DNA of 64,000 nucleotides from IMG/VR virus record IMGVR_UViG_3300042880_000288, positions 1 through 64,000 of that record; one strand, written 5' to 3'. Below are positions 49,224 to 57,381 of this stretch, one piece after another (the stretch's first letter is position 1; each line of letters starts with the position of its first letter). The notes below the pieces were generated by a model, which was not told the DNA's origin, searched no databases, and was given only the letters and a program-made list of their open reading frames with translations. Made by a program: the position numbers and the translations under genes. This DNA is from a virus.

Positions 49224-52200
49224 ATGGCAAAAAATTGTAGAGATACTGAAAAATTTAAAACAGCTGAGGCATCTACTAAAGCTTGGTTTAAAACAAATGG
49301 TTTATTAGATAGATTTTTAAGAATCCCTGAAGGTAAATTAGTAAAGTTTAGAGAGGCTAATGCAGCTTTATCTAAAAAAGCTAATAATGAAATGAATATT
49401 CCAGGTAGACTCTTTACAGAACTTGAAGGAGGTACAAGAGCTTTACCAAACATAATGATGTTCCATAAGATAGATGCTTTTAAAGGTAAATTCTATCCGG
49501 GAAATAACTATTTAAAACCAGAATATTTACCAAGAGAAACTAGACCACTCTATGAAACTGTTGCCATTGATGAAGAAGCAGTTAGTGCTGAAAGAGCAGA
49601 CAAGTTATTTAATGCATTAGGTCAAAAATATGAGGCAGCCTTTGGTATACCATATGTTATGGTATCAGAATATGAGGCTAATATGATATTACAAAATAGC
49701 AATACTCCTTATAACAATCAACCAGGTTTCTTTTATGGAGACAAGGTTTATTTTGTTAAAGGTAAAGCTACTATGAACACAATGGTTCATGAATTCTCAC
49801 ATCCCCTTATAAAAGCTATTGCATTAAATAACCCTAAACTATTTAACAATCTATATGAAACTTTACTAAAAAGTGATACAGGTCAAGATATAGTGAATCA
49901 ATTAGTAGCTGAAGGTAAATTACAACCTGAGACTTCAAGATTTAAAGAAGAAGCCTTGGTTAGAGCAATGGAAAAAGATGCTGCTGAGAAGTTATCTAAT
50001 GTAGTTAAAAGTGACAGTGCCTTTAAGGAGTTCATAAACATGCTAATGTATGCTATTAAAAAGATACTTGCTGGCATGACTAAGATGGTTAGTCCTAAAA
50101 AATTAACTACTACAACTACACTTTCTGAACTAACTGATATGATGTTATTTGAAGACTTTCAAATGGAATCTATTAAGTTTGATAATACTGATTTTGCAGA
50201 CTTTGCATCTGAGTATGATGCTTTACTTGGTGCTTTACAAAACTCCACTGCTAAACAATTACAAGAAGCTATCAACAGAGCCTATACAGAAAGTACTTTC
50301 CAGTTAACCCAGTTAAGAAATGCTCCTTGGAAACTAAAAGAAGATTTAAGTAGAATTGGTGGAGAAAAAGTATTGAGATCTATCAGAGATCATTTGAAAA
50401 GATATCAAACTGTTTCTGCAGACTTATCTGATATTTCAGTAGATGAAATTTTAGATGCCATGGAATCTCAGCAAGAAGAGTTTAGAATAAGAGGTATTGC
50501 ACTTATTAATTCTATAAATGAAGCTAAGATATTCTCAGAAAAAATAGAACAGATATTGCAAGAAATGCAGACTAATAAGAGACATCTTACTGCTGCTGGT
50601 ATAGCCAAAGTACAATATTTTAGTGAGTATATTCAGAGGCAGAAAGAGTTTCTTACTGATGTAGAAAAAATATTAGGCCGGGGTAGGGACAATGAGTTTG
50701 TAAAAGAACTTAGATCAACTATCAATATTATCAATGATGCTTCTGACTTAATCAAAGAACTGAAGACAGATGTAGTCACAGAAATATTTGTGGATAATAC
50801 TGAGTTCATGCAAGAAGAAATGGATAGAAAGATTTCTGAAAGAATTAGGCAGATAGCTAAGGCAGATAATCTATCAGAAGCCCTGACAGAAGAACTTGTA
50901 AAAGAAATTACCAGTCTACCTAATGTAAAAAAATATGACATTGACTTAAAGAAATATCCTCTTAATCCTAAGAGAGCTCAAGTATTGGCTAATGAATTAA
51001 AAGAATACTTCTTTAAAAGATTAAATAGAGATGCTATTGAAAAATATTTAAGTGGTGAAACTGAAGACCTAACATTCTTTCAGGCTTGGTTAAACCCATA
51101 TCTATCTATGGATGATCCTTTAGGATCTTTTGTAAGATATATGAAGACTAAATTATCTGAGGCTGAGAACAAAAGTTTATCTCAAGCAAATGACATTGCT
51201 AATACTCTAGTTCCTTTATTAGATGCTGTAGGTTATAGTCCAAATAATACAGGCCAACTAGGTAAGATGTTATTACAAACAGATAAGACTGGTTACACTG
51301 ATTCTAATGGTGAGTTTGTTGAGTTTGAATTATATACTTTCTTAGATCAATTTATTAATTGGAGAAGAGATAAAGCTGAATTACAACACAACTTTGATAA
51401 AGCAAGAGAGAGTGGTGATAAAGAAAAGATTAAATCTGCACTACAAGCACTATGGGAGTTTGAAGAAAAGTACATGCACCGTAAGTATAAACAAGAGTAC
51501 TATGACCTTCAAAATATTTGGAAACAAGATAACACAGTTAGAAACCCAATCACAGGATTAGATGTTAGTGTTTCTGCTTCACTATCTACAGAAGCATTCT
51601 TAGAAAGACAATCAGGTTTGGATAAACTCAATCAATACAAACACGAGGCTTATACTGAAATGGATGACCTTTATGAGTTTACTGAATCAGATGCTGCAAA
51701 GGCAGAGTATGAGCAATTATATCAGATAACTAATGCAGATGGTACAAATAAAACCGGTGATGAACTTCTAAAAACTCTTGTAAGAAGAAAGTATAGATAT
51801 GAATCTAAAAGATTTTATGAGTATAGTTTGAATGAAGAAAGAGTTCAAAGAGACTACGACAATTATGTTCAGGAGTTAGCAGTTAGAGGTATAACCAAAG
51901 ATGCTAAACCTGAAGAGTGGAAAGCAGAAATGAAGAAGTTTATTGATAAAAACTTCCGTATTGCATATTCTGAAGATTATTATAGATCTAAGGAAGATCT
52001 TTTTACACGACTTACAGATATAACTAATAAGTATAAATCCCCCCTGGCAGATAAAATGAGAGATCTTTATCTAGAAAGATGGAGACTTACAAATGCTATT
52101 ACAGATAAGAATGGTACAACTAATGCCTTACAATATACTAATGCTGTATTAGAAAAAATTAAAGATCTAGAAGAAGAGATTGTTAAGCTTCAAGATCAGT

Positions 52201-55028
52201 TTGATACAGGAAGTGGTTTGAGTAAAGAGAATCTAGTAAAACTCAAAACCTATGATGAAAGAAGTGCCAATGGTGAAACTCTTACTGATGATGAGATGTT
52301 GGAATATAACTCTCTTATTGCAACTAAGAATAACATTGGTATGCCTCCACTAATACTGAAAGAGTATAAAAAAATACTCAGAGAAATTCAGGGTCTTACA
52401 AGTAAAGTTCCTACTGAATATTACATGGCTGCATTTTATGAAGCACTTGGTGATACTGAAGTATCTGAAAGTATAAATACAGAAAATGCTGATACATGGG
52501 TTAACTCTGCAGATTTGTATGATGCAATGTCAAAAAATGATAAGTTTAGAGAATGGTTCCTTAGAAATCATTACCAAAAAGTAGGTTATAATCCTACTAC
52601 TAAAGCTTGGGAAATGATGTATTATAGAACTAAAGCTTGGACAGATGTAATACCGTCTGATATAAAACATTATAAGACTACTGTTCTTAAAGATGCTGCC
52701 ACAGGAGAACCTATTGTTATAAGAGGAGTTCCTGCAGGTAGATATTATAATCAAAGAATTAAAAAAGAATGGAGAACTGGTTATGATGCATCAACTGGTA
52801 ATATTAATTTAAAAGTTGGTGTTGAAATAGATAATAAAGGTAACTTCTTACCTAGAGCAGATGCAACTGATAAAAAATATATTAATCCTGAGTATGAAGC
52901 TTTAGATAAAAATGGTGCCGAGTTTAAACTACTTGATGCAATTAAGAAAGAATATTTAAAAGTACAAGAAGGTAAGCCGGCAAGTTCTAAATTGTATTTA
53001 GATTTAGCTAGATTTAGACAGTGGACAAATGTTGAACTTGTACAATCTGGTAAAGCAAAAGATGATTTAGGAAGTAAACTATCTGGTATAGGTGATTTTA
53101 TGAAATCATTTGTTACTAAGTCTGCAGATGATCCAGAAACACAACCTGGATTTAATGTTGATTCAGAAGCCATGTTAATTGAAACAGATTTACAAGGTCA
53201 ACCAATTACTAAAATACCTGTGAGAGGTTTATATAGATTGAAAAAAGAATCTGTATCTCAAGATGTATTGAGAGCATTCTATACTTACTTGCATTCACTT
53301 AATGAGCACGATGCATTGATAAAAGAAGAACCACTTGCTAAAGCTATTAGTGATGTAATGAATGATCCAAGTAATGCAATTAAAAAAACAAATACATTTA
53401 GTAAGAATATCCATAAGAGTACAGGTAAGTTAGCTTTATTAAATGCTAATACAAATAGAAGAGCTCAAGCAATGGATTATTTTATTGATAAAACTTTCTA
53501 TGGTCAGGCTTATTCAGGATTTGAACAAGAAAACCCTATTCTTACAAAAGCTGCAAACTTCTTAATGAAGAATGCAAGTAGATCCTTTATTGCAATGGAT
53601 ATGGTTTCTGCTATGAAAAACAGGTTTGGTGCTGTTATACAAAACAGTATTGAAGCTGCTGCAGCTACCTATTATAACCCTATGGCATTTGCTAAAGGTA
53701 GAGCTTGGTCTGCTACTGCTATGATTGAAATGCAAAAAGATATCTATGCAAAGGGCCCTAAAGGATTGAAGATGCAATTAATTGAAAACTTTAGTCCTAT
53801 TCCTGATAAAACTAAACAAGACTTTGGTAAATCAAGTTCTAGAACTTTTATTAAAGATTTCTTTGATGGTTCATGGATGTATGACCCAAGAAGATTCTTG
53901 GATGTTGAAGCATCTCTGCAGATATTTGGTGGTATGATGTACTTCCAAAAGGTAGAACAAAAACAACCAGATGGTTCTCCAAAACAAATAGATTACATTG
54001 ATGCATTTGAGTTAGATGCAGATAGAAAATTAAAACTTAAAGATGGGATAGATCCTGAATGGTCTCCTAATCCTATTGAACATACTTTTGCTGAAGGTGA
54101 AACATTTGAATCTTTAGCTAAAAAGTATAACATGACTGTAGAAGAACTGCAAGCTAAAAATAAAGTAAAAACTCTTGATGGTTTTCAACCGGGAGATACT
54201 ATAATTATTTCTAAAGCCTCTAAGTTCAACAACATGAAATTAAAAATTCAAGGTGTTGTTAAAAGAACTAATGGTGGTATGGAAGAATTAGATTCTCCAC
54301 AAGCAGATCAGTTTTTATTGTTTAGATTATTTACTTTCTATAAGAAGTATGCAACTCAAATGTTCTTGAATAGATTTCAAGCTGATATGTCTAAAGGTAA
54401 TAGATGGGGTCATGTATATAATTGGGATTTAGGAACTACTACCCGTGGATACTATGTAACAGGGGTTATAGGTGCTATGAAATTCTTGAAAACAGGTATG
54501 GCTTATTTACCTATAATGACTGATGAAGAAAAAGCTGCATTTAGGAAGATAGCTACTGAAGGTGTCTTACTTATGATCATGGCTCTTGCAACTATGTTCT
54601 TATATGGATATGATGAAGGTGATGAGGATAGATTTGAAAAAATGAGACAGAGAGAAGAGGAGTTTGGAAAACTTGGTTGGTTATCAAACCATATGTTATA
54701 TCAACTTATAACAGTTCGTAGAGAGAATGCTGCCTTTGTTTCACCTCAAGAATGGTTACAGTATGGAAATGTTACATCTATAGCATTTGGACCTACTGTT
54801 AAACTTTACTTGAAAATATTAGCAGATTTGTACTACATAGCAACTGGTGATGAAAAAGCAGTTTATAAATCTGAAGTAGGACCTTACCCTTGGCAAATGA
54901 AAGATGAAGATGGTACCTTTGATTATAAACTATGGAATCATTTATTTAGTTTGTATGGTATTAAAGGTAAAAACTATGACCCTATTCAGGCAATTAAGAG
55001 TGATGAACAATTCCAAAATCTAAGATAA
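49224..55028 (+). CDS. Giant ejection protein with N-terminal zincin-like HExxH domain, LysM domain and C-terminal hydrophobic helix
   Basis: MVHEFSHPLIKAI (49788) with EEALV downstream. LysM HTFAEGETFESLAKKYNMTVEELQAKNKVKTLDGFQPGDTIII at 54081-54209. TM-like EGVLLMIMALATMFLYGY near 54560-54610. Directly downstream of the vRNAP gene. Confidence 0.75.
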   Translation: MAKNCRDTEKFKTAEASTKAWFKTNGLLDRFLRIPEGKLVKFREANAALSKKANNEMNIPGRLFTELEGGTRALPNIMMFHKIDAFKGKFYPGNNYLKPEYLPRETRPLYETVAIDEEAVSAERADKLFNALGQKYEAAFGIPYVMVSEYEANMILQNSNTPYNNQPGFFYGDKVYFVKGKATMNTMVHEFSHPLIKAIALNNPKLFNNLYETLLKSDTGQDIVNQLVAEGKLQPETSRFKEEALVRAMEKDAAEKLSNVVKSDSAFKEFINMLMYAIKKILAGMTKMVSPKKLTTTTTLSELTDMMLFEDFQMESIKFDNTDFADFASEYDALLGALQNSTAKQLQEAINRAYTESTFQLTQLRNAPWKLKEDLSRIGGEKVLRSIRDHLKRYQTVSADLSDISVDEILDAMESQQEEFRIRGIALINSINEAKIFSEKIEQILQEMQTNKRHLTAAGIAKVQYFSEYIQRQKEFLTDVEKILGRGRDNEFVKELRSTINIINDASDLIKELKTDVVTEIFVDNTEFMQEEMDRKISERIRQIAKADNLSEALTEELVKEITSLPNVKKYDIDLKKYPLNPKRAQVLANELKEYFFKRLNRDAIEKYLSGETEDLTFFQAWLNPYLSMDDPLGSFVRYMKTKLSEAENKSLSQANDIANTLVPLLDAVGYSPNNTGQLGKMLLQTDKTGYTDSNGEFVEFELYTFLDQFINWRRDKAELQHNFDKARESGDKEKIKSALQALWEFEEKYMHRKYKQEYYDLQNIWKQDNTVRNPITGLDVSVSASLSTEAFLERQSGLDKLNQYKHEAYTEMDDLYEFTESDAAKAEYEQLYQITNADGTNKTGDELLKTLVRRKYRYESKRFYEYSLNEERVQRDYDNYVQELAVRGITKDAKPEEWKAEMKKFIDKNFRIAYSEDYYRSKEDLFTRLTDITNKYKSPLADKMRDLYLERWRLTNAITDKNGTTNALQYTNAVLEKIKDLEEEIVKLQDQFDTGSGLSKENLVKLKTYDERSANGETLTDDEMLEYNSLIATKNNIGMPPLILKEYKKILREIQGLTSKVPTEYYMAAFYEALGDTEVSESINTENADTWVNSADLYDAMSKNDKFREWFLRNHYQKVGYNPTTKAWEMMYYRTKAWTDVIPSDIKHYKTTVLKDAATGEPIVIRGVPAGRYYNQRIKKEWRTGYDASTGNINLKVGVEIDNKGNFLPRADATDKKYINPEYEALDKNGAEFKLLDAIKKEYLKVQEGKPASSKLYLDLARFRQWTNVELVQSGKAKDDLGSKLSGIGDFMKSFVTKSADDPETQPGFNVDSEAMLIETDLQGQPITKIPVRGLYRLKKESVSQDVLRAFYTYLHSLNEHDALIKEEPLAKAISDVMNDPSNAIKKTNTFSKNIHKSTGKLALLNANTNRRAQAMDYFIDKTFYGQAYSGFEQENPILTKAANFLMKNASRSFIAMDMVSAMKNRFGAVIQNSIEAAAATYYNPMAFAKGRAWSATAMIEMQKDIYAKGPKGLKMQLIENFSPIPDKTKQDFGKSSSRTFIKDFFDGSWMYDPRRFLDVEASLQIFGGMMYFQKVEQKQPDGSPKQIDYIDAFELDADRKLKLKDGIDPEWSPNPIEHTFAEGETFESLAKKYNMTVEELQAKNKVKTLDGFQPGDTIIISKASKFNNMKLKIQGVVKRTNGGMEELDSPQADQFLLFRLFTFYKKYATQMFLNRFQADMSKGNRWGHVYNWDLGTTTRGYYVTGVIGAMKFLKTGMAYLPIMTDEEKAAFRKIATEGVLLMIMALATMFLYGYDEGDEDRFEKMRQREEEFGKLGWLSNHMLYQLITVRRENAAFVSPQEWLQYGNVTSIAFGPTVKLYLKILADLYYIATGDEKAVYKSEVGPYPWQMKDEDGTFDYKLWNHLFSLYGIKGKNYDPIQAIKSDEQFQNLR

Positions 55029-55029
55029 A

Positions 55030-55170
55030 ATGGCAAAAGCAACAACAGGAACAGTAAAAGCATACATTAAACCAAAAGTTTCCCGTCCAGGGGTGCATGC
55101 TAAAACCAAAACTTCTAAGTCAAAGAAGTCTAGGAACTACAAGAAGTCTTATAGGGCCCAAGGTAGGTAA
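55030..55170 (+). CDS. Small very basic protein (46 aa), not in the ORF track
   Basis: Manual translation MAKATTGTVKAYIKPKVSRPGVHAKTKTSKSKKSRNYKKSYRAQGR: 11 K, 4 R, no D/E. The ATG is 1 nt after the previous stop and the ORF fills the gap up to the terminator. Confidence 0.75.
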   Translation: MAKATTGTVKAYIKPKVSRPGVHAKTKTSKSKKSRNYKKSYRAQGR

Positions 55171-55171
55171 G

Positions 55172-55213
55172 AAAAAAAAGAAGGGAGAGAGCCTATTACA
55201 GCTCTCCCCCTTC
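55172..55213 (-). terminator. Rho-independent terminator ending the - strand module at the convergence point
   Basis: 13-bp stem GAAGGGGGAGAGC/GCUCUCUCCCUUC with an 8-nt loop, followed by U8 on the - strand. The stop codon of the Zn-ribbon gene lies in the loop. Confidence 0.8.
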
Positions 55214-55450
55214 ATTGTTATAGAAGTCTAAGACTTCATATTGGTTTTTAAAGTTTATCACTTTAAAATTCTTTTCTTCAAAATCATATCTAACTACAGA
55301 TAATGTTTTCAATGCTTTATGAAAAGAACATGCTTTACATACAATACATTTACCTTTTGCACTTTTAATCTGATATTTTCTTGTATTATCCTTGAATTTC
55401 TCTAATGGTTTATCAATACCACAGTGAAAACATTTAAGAGTCTCCATCAT
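55196..55450 (-). CDS. Small zinc-ribbon protein
   Basis: KCFHCG...GKCIVCKAC (CxxC...CxxCxxC). The start is more likely MMETLK (55450 or 55447) than the track's 55465. Confidence 0.7.
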   Translation of the reverse strand: MMETLKCFHCGIDKPLEKFKDNTRKYQIKSAKGKCIVCKACSFHKALKTLSVVRYDFEEKNFKVINFKNQYEVLDFYNNEGGEL

Positions 55451-55616
55451 CTTCACAACAGTCACATTTCTCCTCAGTGTCTAAGACACCATACTCATTA
55501 TCATACCAGTCTCTGGCATCTTTTTTATTTGGCTCATCTATATCTCCACTTGCCATAGCTTCAGCTCCTGCCATGTAAGCTTCAATCATCTTTTTTCTAA
55601 ATGTTACTGGATGCAT
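55434..55616 (-). CDS. Hypothetical protein (60 aa)
   Basis: MHPVTFRKKMIEAYMAGAEAM...ARDWYDNEYG...CDCC. The start was re-called at ATG 55616, overlapping the end of the pyrophosphatase gene, instead of the track's 55715. Confidence 0.55.
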   Translation of the reverse strand: MHPVTFRKKMIEAYMAGAEAMASGDIDEPNKKDARDWYDNEYGVLDTEEKCDCCEDDGDS

Positions 55617-56004
55617 CTGTGTCAACTTTAATAAACTTACTGATATCTGGACGGTAATATCCAGGGCCCTTAAGAATCTTTCCATCTTCTCTGAGAACAG
55701 GTTTTCCATCTTCACCTAATTTACTCATGTTACTAGACTGTATTTCATTAAATACATCTTCTATAATGTGTTGCATACCATGTTTAAGAATTGTACCACA
55801 TAGAATATATAATTGATCACCAAGAGCATCTGCAATTTCTACTAGAGATTTGTTATAACATGCTTCAAGATATTCATCATTTTCTTCTTTCATAAGAGTA
55901 TGTCTTAAATCATACTCTGCATTAGATAATAATTGTGGCCACTTACCATCTTTTTGACCAAATGCTTTGTGGAACTCTGCCACTGCTTTTAATTGTTTTT
56001 CCAT
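55597..56004 (-). CDS. All-alpha NTP pyrophosphohydrolase (MazG-like/PRA-PH family)
   Basis: VAEFHKAFG...LMKEENDEYLEA...EIADALGDQLYILCG...EIQSSNMSKLGEDGKP..REDGKILKGP.Y..P. The start was re-called at MEKQLK (56004) because the track start lies inside a terminator. Confidence 0.9.
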   Translation of the reverse strand: MEKQLKAVAEFHKAFGQKDGKWPQLLSNAEYDLRHTLMKEENDEYLEACYNKSLVEIADALGDQLYILCGTILKHGMQHIIEDVFNEIQSSNMSKLGEDGKPVLREDGKILKGPGYYRPDISKFIKVDTDASSNI

Positions 56005-56016
56005 ATTGTAAAGATA

Positions 56017-56047
56017 AAAAAAAGGGAACACATTTCTGCATTCCCTT
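56017..56047 (-). terminator. Rho-independent terminator
   Basis: The - strand reads AAGGGAAUGCA-GAAA-UGUGUUCCCUU-UUUUU: an 11-bp stem with two G-U pairs, a GNRA tetraloop and a U-tract. Confidence 0.85.
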
Positions 56048-56084
56048 AATTAGTATTAACCCTTGGTGTTATAAGCCAAGGCTC

Positions 56085-57380
56085 CTAGAAATCAAAATCA
56101 AAAGACTGTTTATCTTTTTCTTCTGTTTCAGTTTCATTAAAATCTAAATCAAAACTAAAATCATCATCAACTGAAGTGTTTAATGGTTCTTCAACAACTA
56201 CTACAGACATCTTTGTAGTTTCATTAAGTTCAACTGTATCAACTACAAAATCAATTTGGGGAAAAATGTCCTCTGTTTTTTCAGGACTAACTTCCTCTTC
56301 ATTTTTACTAGCTAAATAATCTTCTATAGTTGCAACAGGCTCCGGTTTTTCTATTGGAACTAGTAATGAATCTAACACAGCATCATCATCCTCATCAATA
56401 TCAAATGGAACTTCTATGTCTTCAACAACATCTGCAACTACTTCTTCAGACTGGTGCAAATCTATATCAAAATCAGACCCATTTGTACCACTTTCTTCTT
56501 CTGCTTTAGCATATCTAATGTCTTCATCTATTTGATCTGCTTCTAAATCTGCCTCAGCTTCTGCTTGAGCAATAGCATCAAGTAAATTAATCTGATTAGG
56601 ATCTACATCTTCTTGAGGTGGTGTACTTAAAACAGGAACTGGTGTACTTATTTGTTGAACTGGTGCACTAAAATCACAAATAGTTCCTATAAAGTAATGT
56701 AGGATTCTTTGATCTTCCATCCAAGTTTTAGGATGTGATGACTGAAGTGCATGAGTTATAAAATTATAGAATGCCCACAAACTATCTGTATTAGCAAATA
56801 CATGTATTGGTTTCTTCATTTGATCTCTTACCAGACTAGCTTGTTCAGTAGTAAGAATTTCATATTCAGCAAACAATACTCCTAATAGCTGAGACTGTTT
56901 TCTTTTATTCAATGTTACAACTTCCATAGCAGCTTTATCAGAAACAAGTTGATTATAATACATATGTGCATTAGCCACATAATCATCAATAGTAGCTTTT
57001 ACTTCTGCATCTGCAGTACCTGTATGTTTTCTAACCCAACTACCAACTTCACCAGAAATCATAGTAGAACCAGTTTTTAAACTATAAGCACCAACTACAC
57101 ATTTAAACTTTACTTGTTTATTATAACTGTTTGTCCATGCAAACATCATAGTTAATTCAGGATCTGAATTATAATTTAATCTATAAATTCCTTGAGCAAT
57201 TTGCCCATCAGCAGTACATCTGTACTCCTCATCTACAATACCAAACCCTGCATTAGCAAGGGCTGTATAGGCATAATCAATAACAAATTGGTGACTTATA
57301 ACAGTATAAGTAGCACCATGATTAGGTAATGGAACACTAACTAAGTGTCCCTTTGTACAATTTGAAATTTTCTTTGGCAT
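56085..57380 (-). CDS. DUF932-like protein with long acidic C-terminal tail
   Basis: N-terminal TYTVISHQFVID...YRL...MMFAWTNSYNKQVKFKCVVGA...RKHTG...LWAFYNFITHALQ resembles DUF932 phage proteins. The last ~190 aa are strongly D/E-rich and end FDFDF. Confidence 0.6.
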   Translation of the reverse strand: MPKKISNCTKGHLVSVPLPNHGATYTVISHQFVIDYAYTALANAGFGIVDEEYRCTADGQIAQGIYRLNYNSDPELTMMFAWTNSYNKQVKFKCVVGAYSLKTGSTMISGEVGSWVRKHTGTADAEVKATIDDYVANAHMYYNQLVSDKAAMEVVTLNKRKQSQLLGVLFAEYEILTTEQASLVRDQMKKPIHVFANTDSLWAFYNFITHALQSSHPKTWMEDQRILHYFIGTICDFSAPVQQISTPVPVLSTPPQEDVDPNQINLLDAIAQAEAEADLEADQIDEDIRYAKAEEESGTNGSDFDIDLHQSEEVVADVVEDIEVPFDIDEDDDAVLDSLLVPIEKPEPVATIEDYLASKNEEEVSPEKTEDIFPQIDFVVDTVELNETTKMSVVVVEEPLNTSVDDDFSFDLDFNETETEEKDKQSFDFDF

Positions 57381-57381
57381 T

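Noticed and set aside
18443-53777. About 30 short - strand ORFs in the track lying inside the large + strand genes
   Set aside because: They are antisense shadows of AT-rich coding sequence (F/L/I/S-rich, no motifs, fully nested in long genes).
55617-56031. Longer track starts for ORFs 55434..55715 and 55597..56031
   Set aside because: The first would overlap the pyrophosphatase gene by about 120 nt and the second starts inside a terminator stem, so downstream ATGs were preferred.
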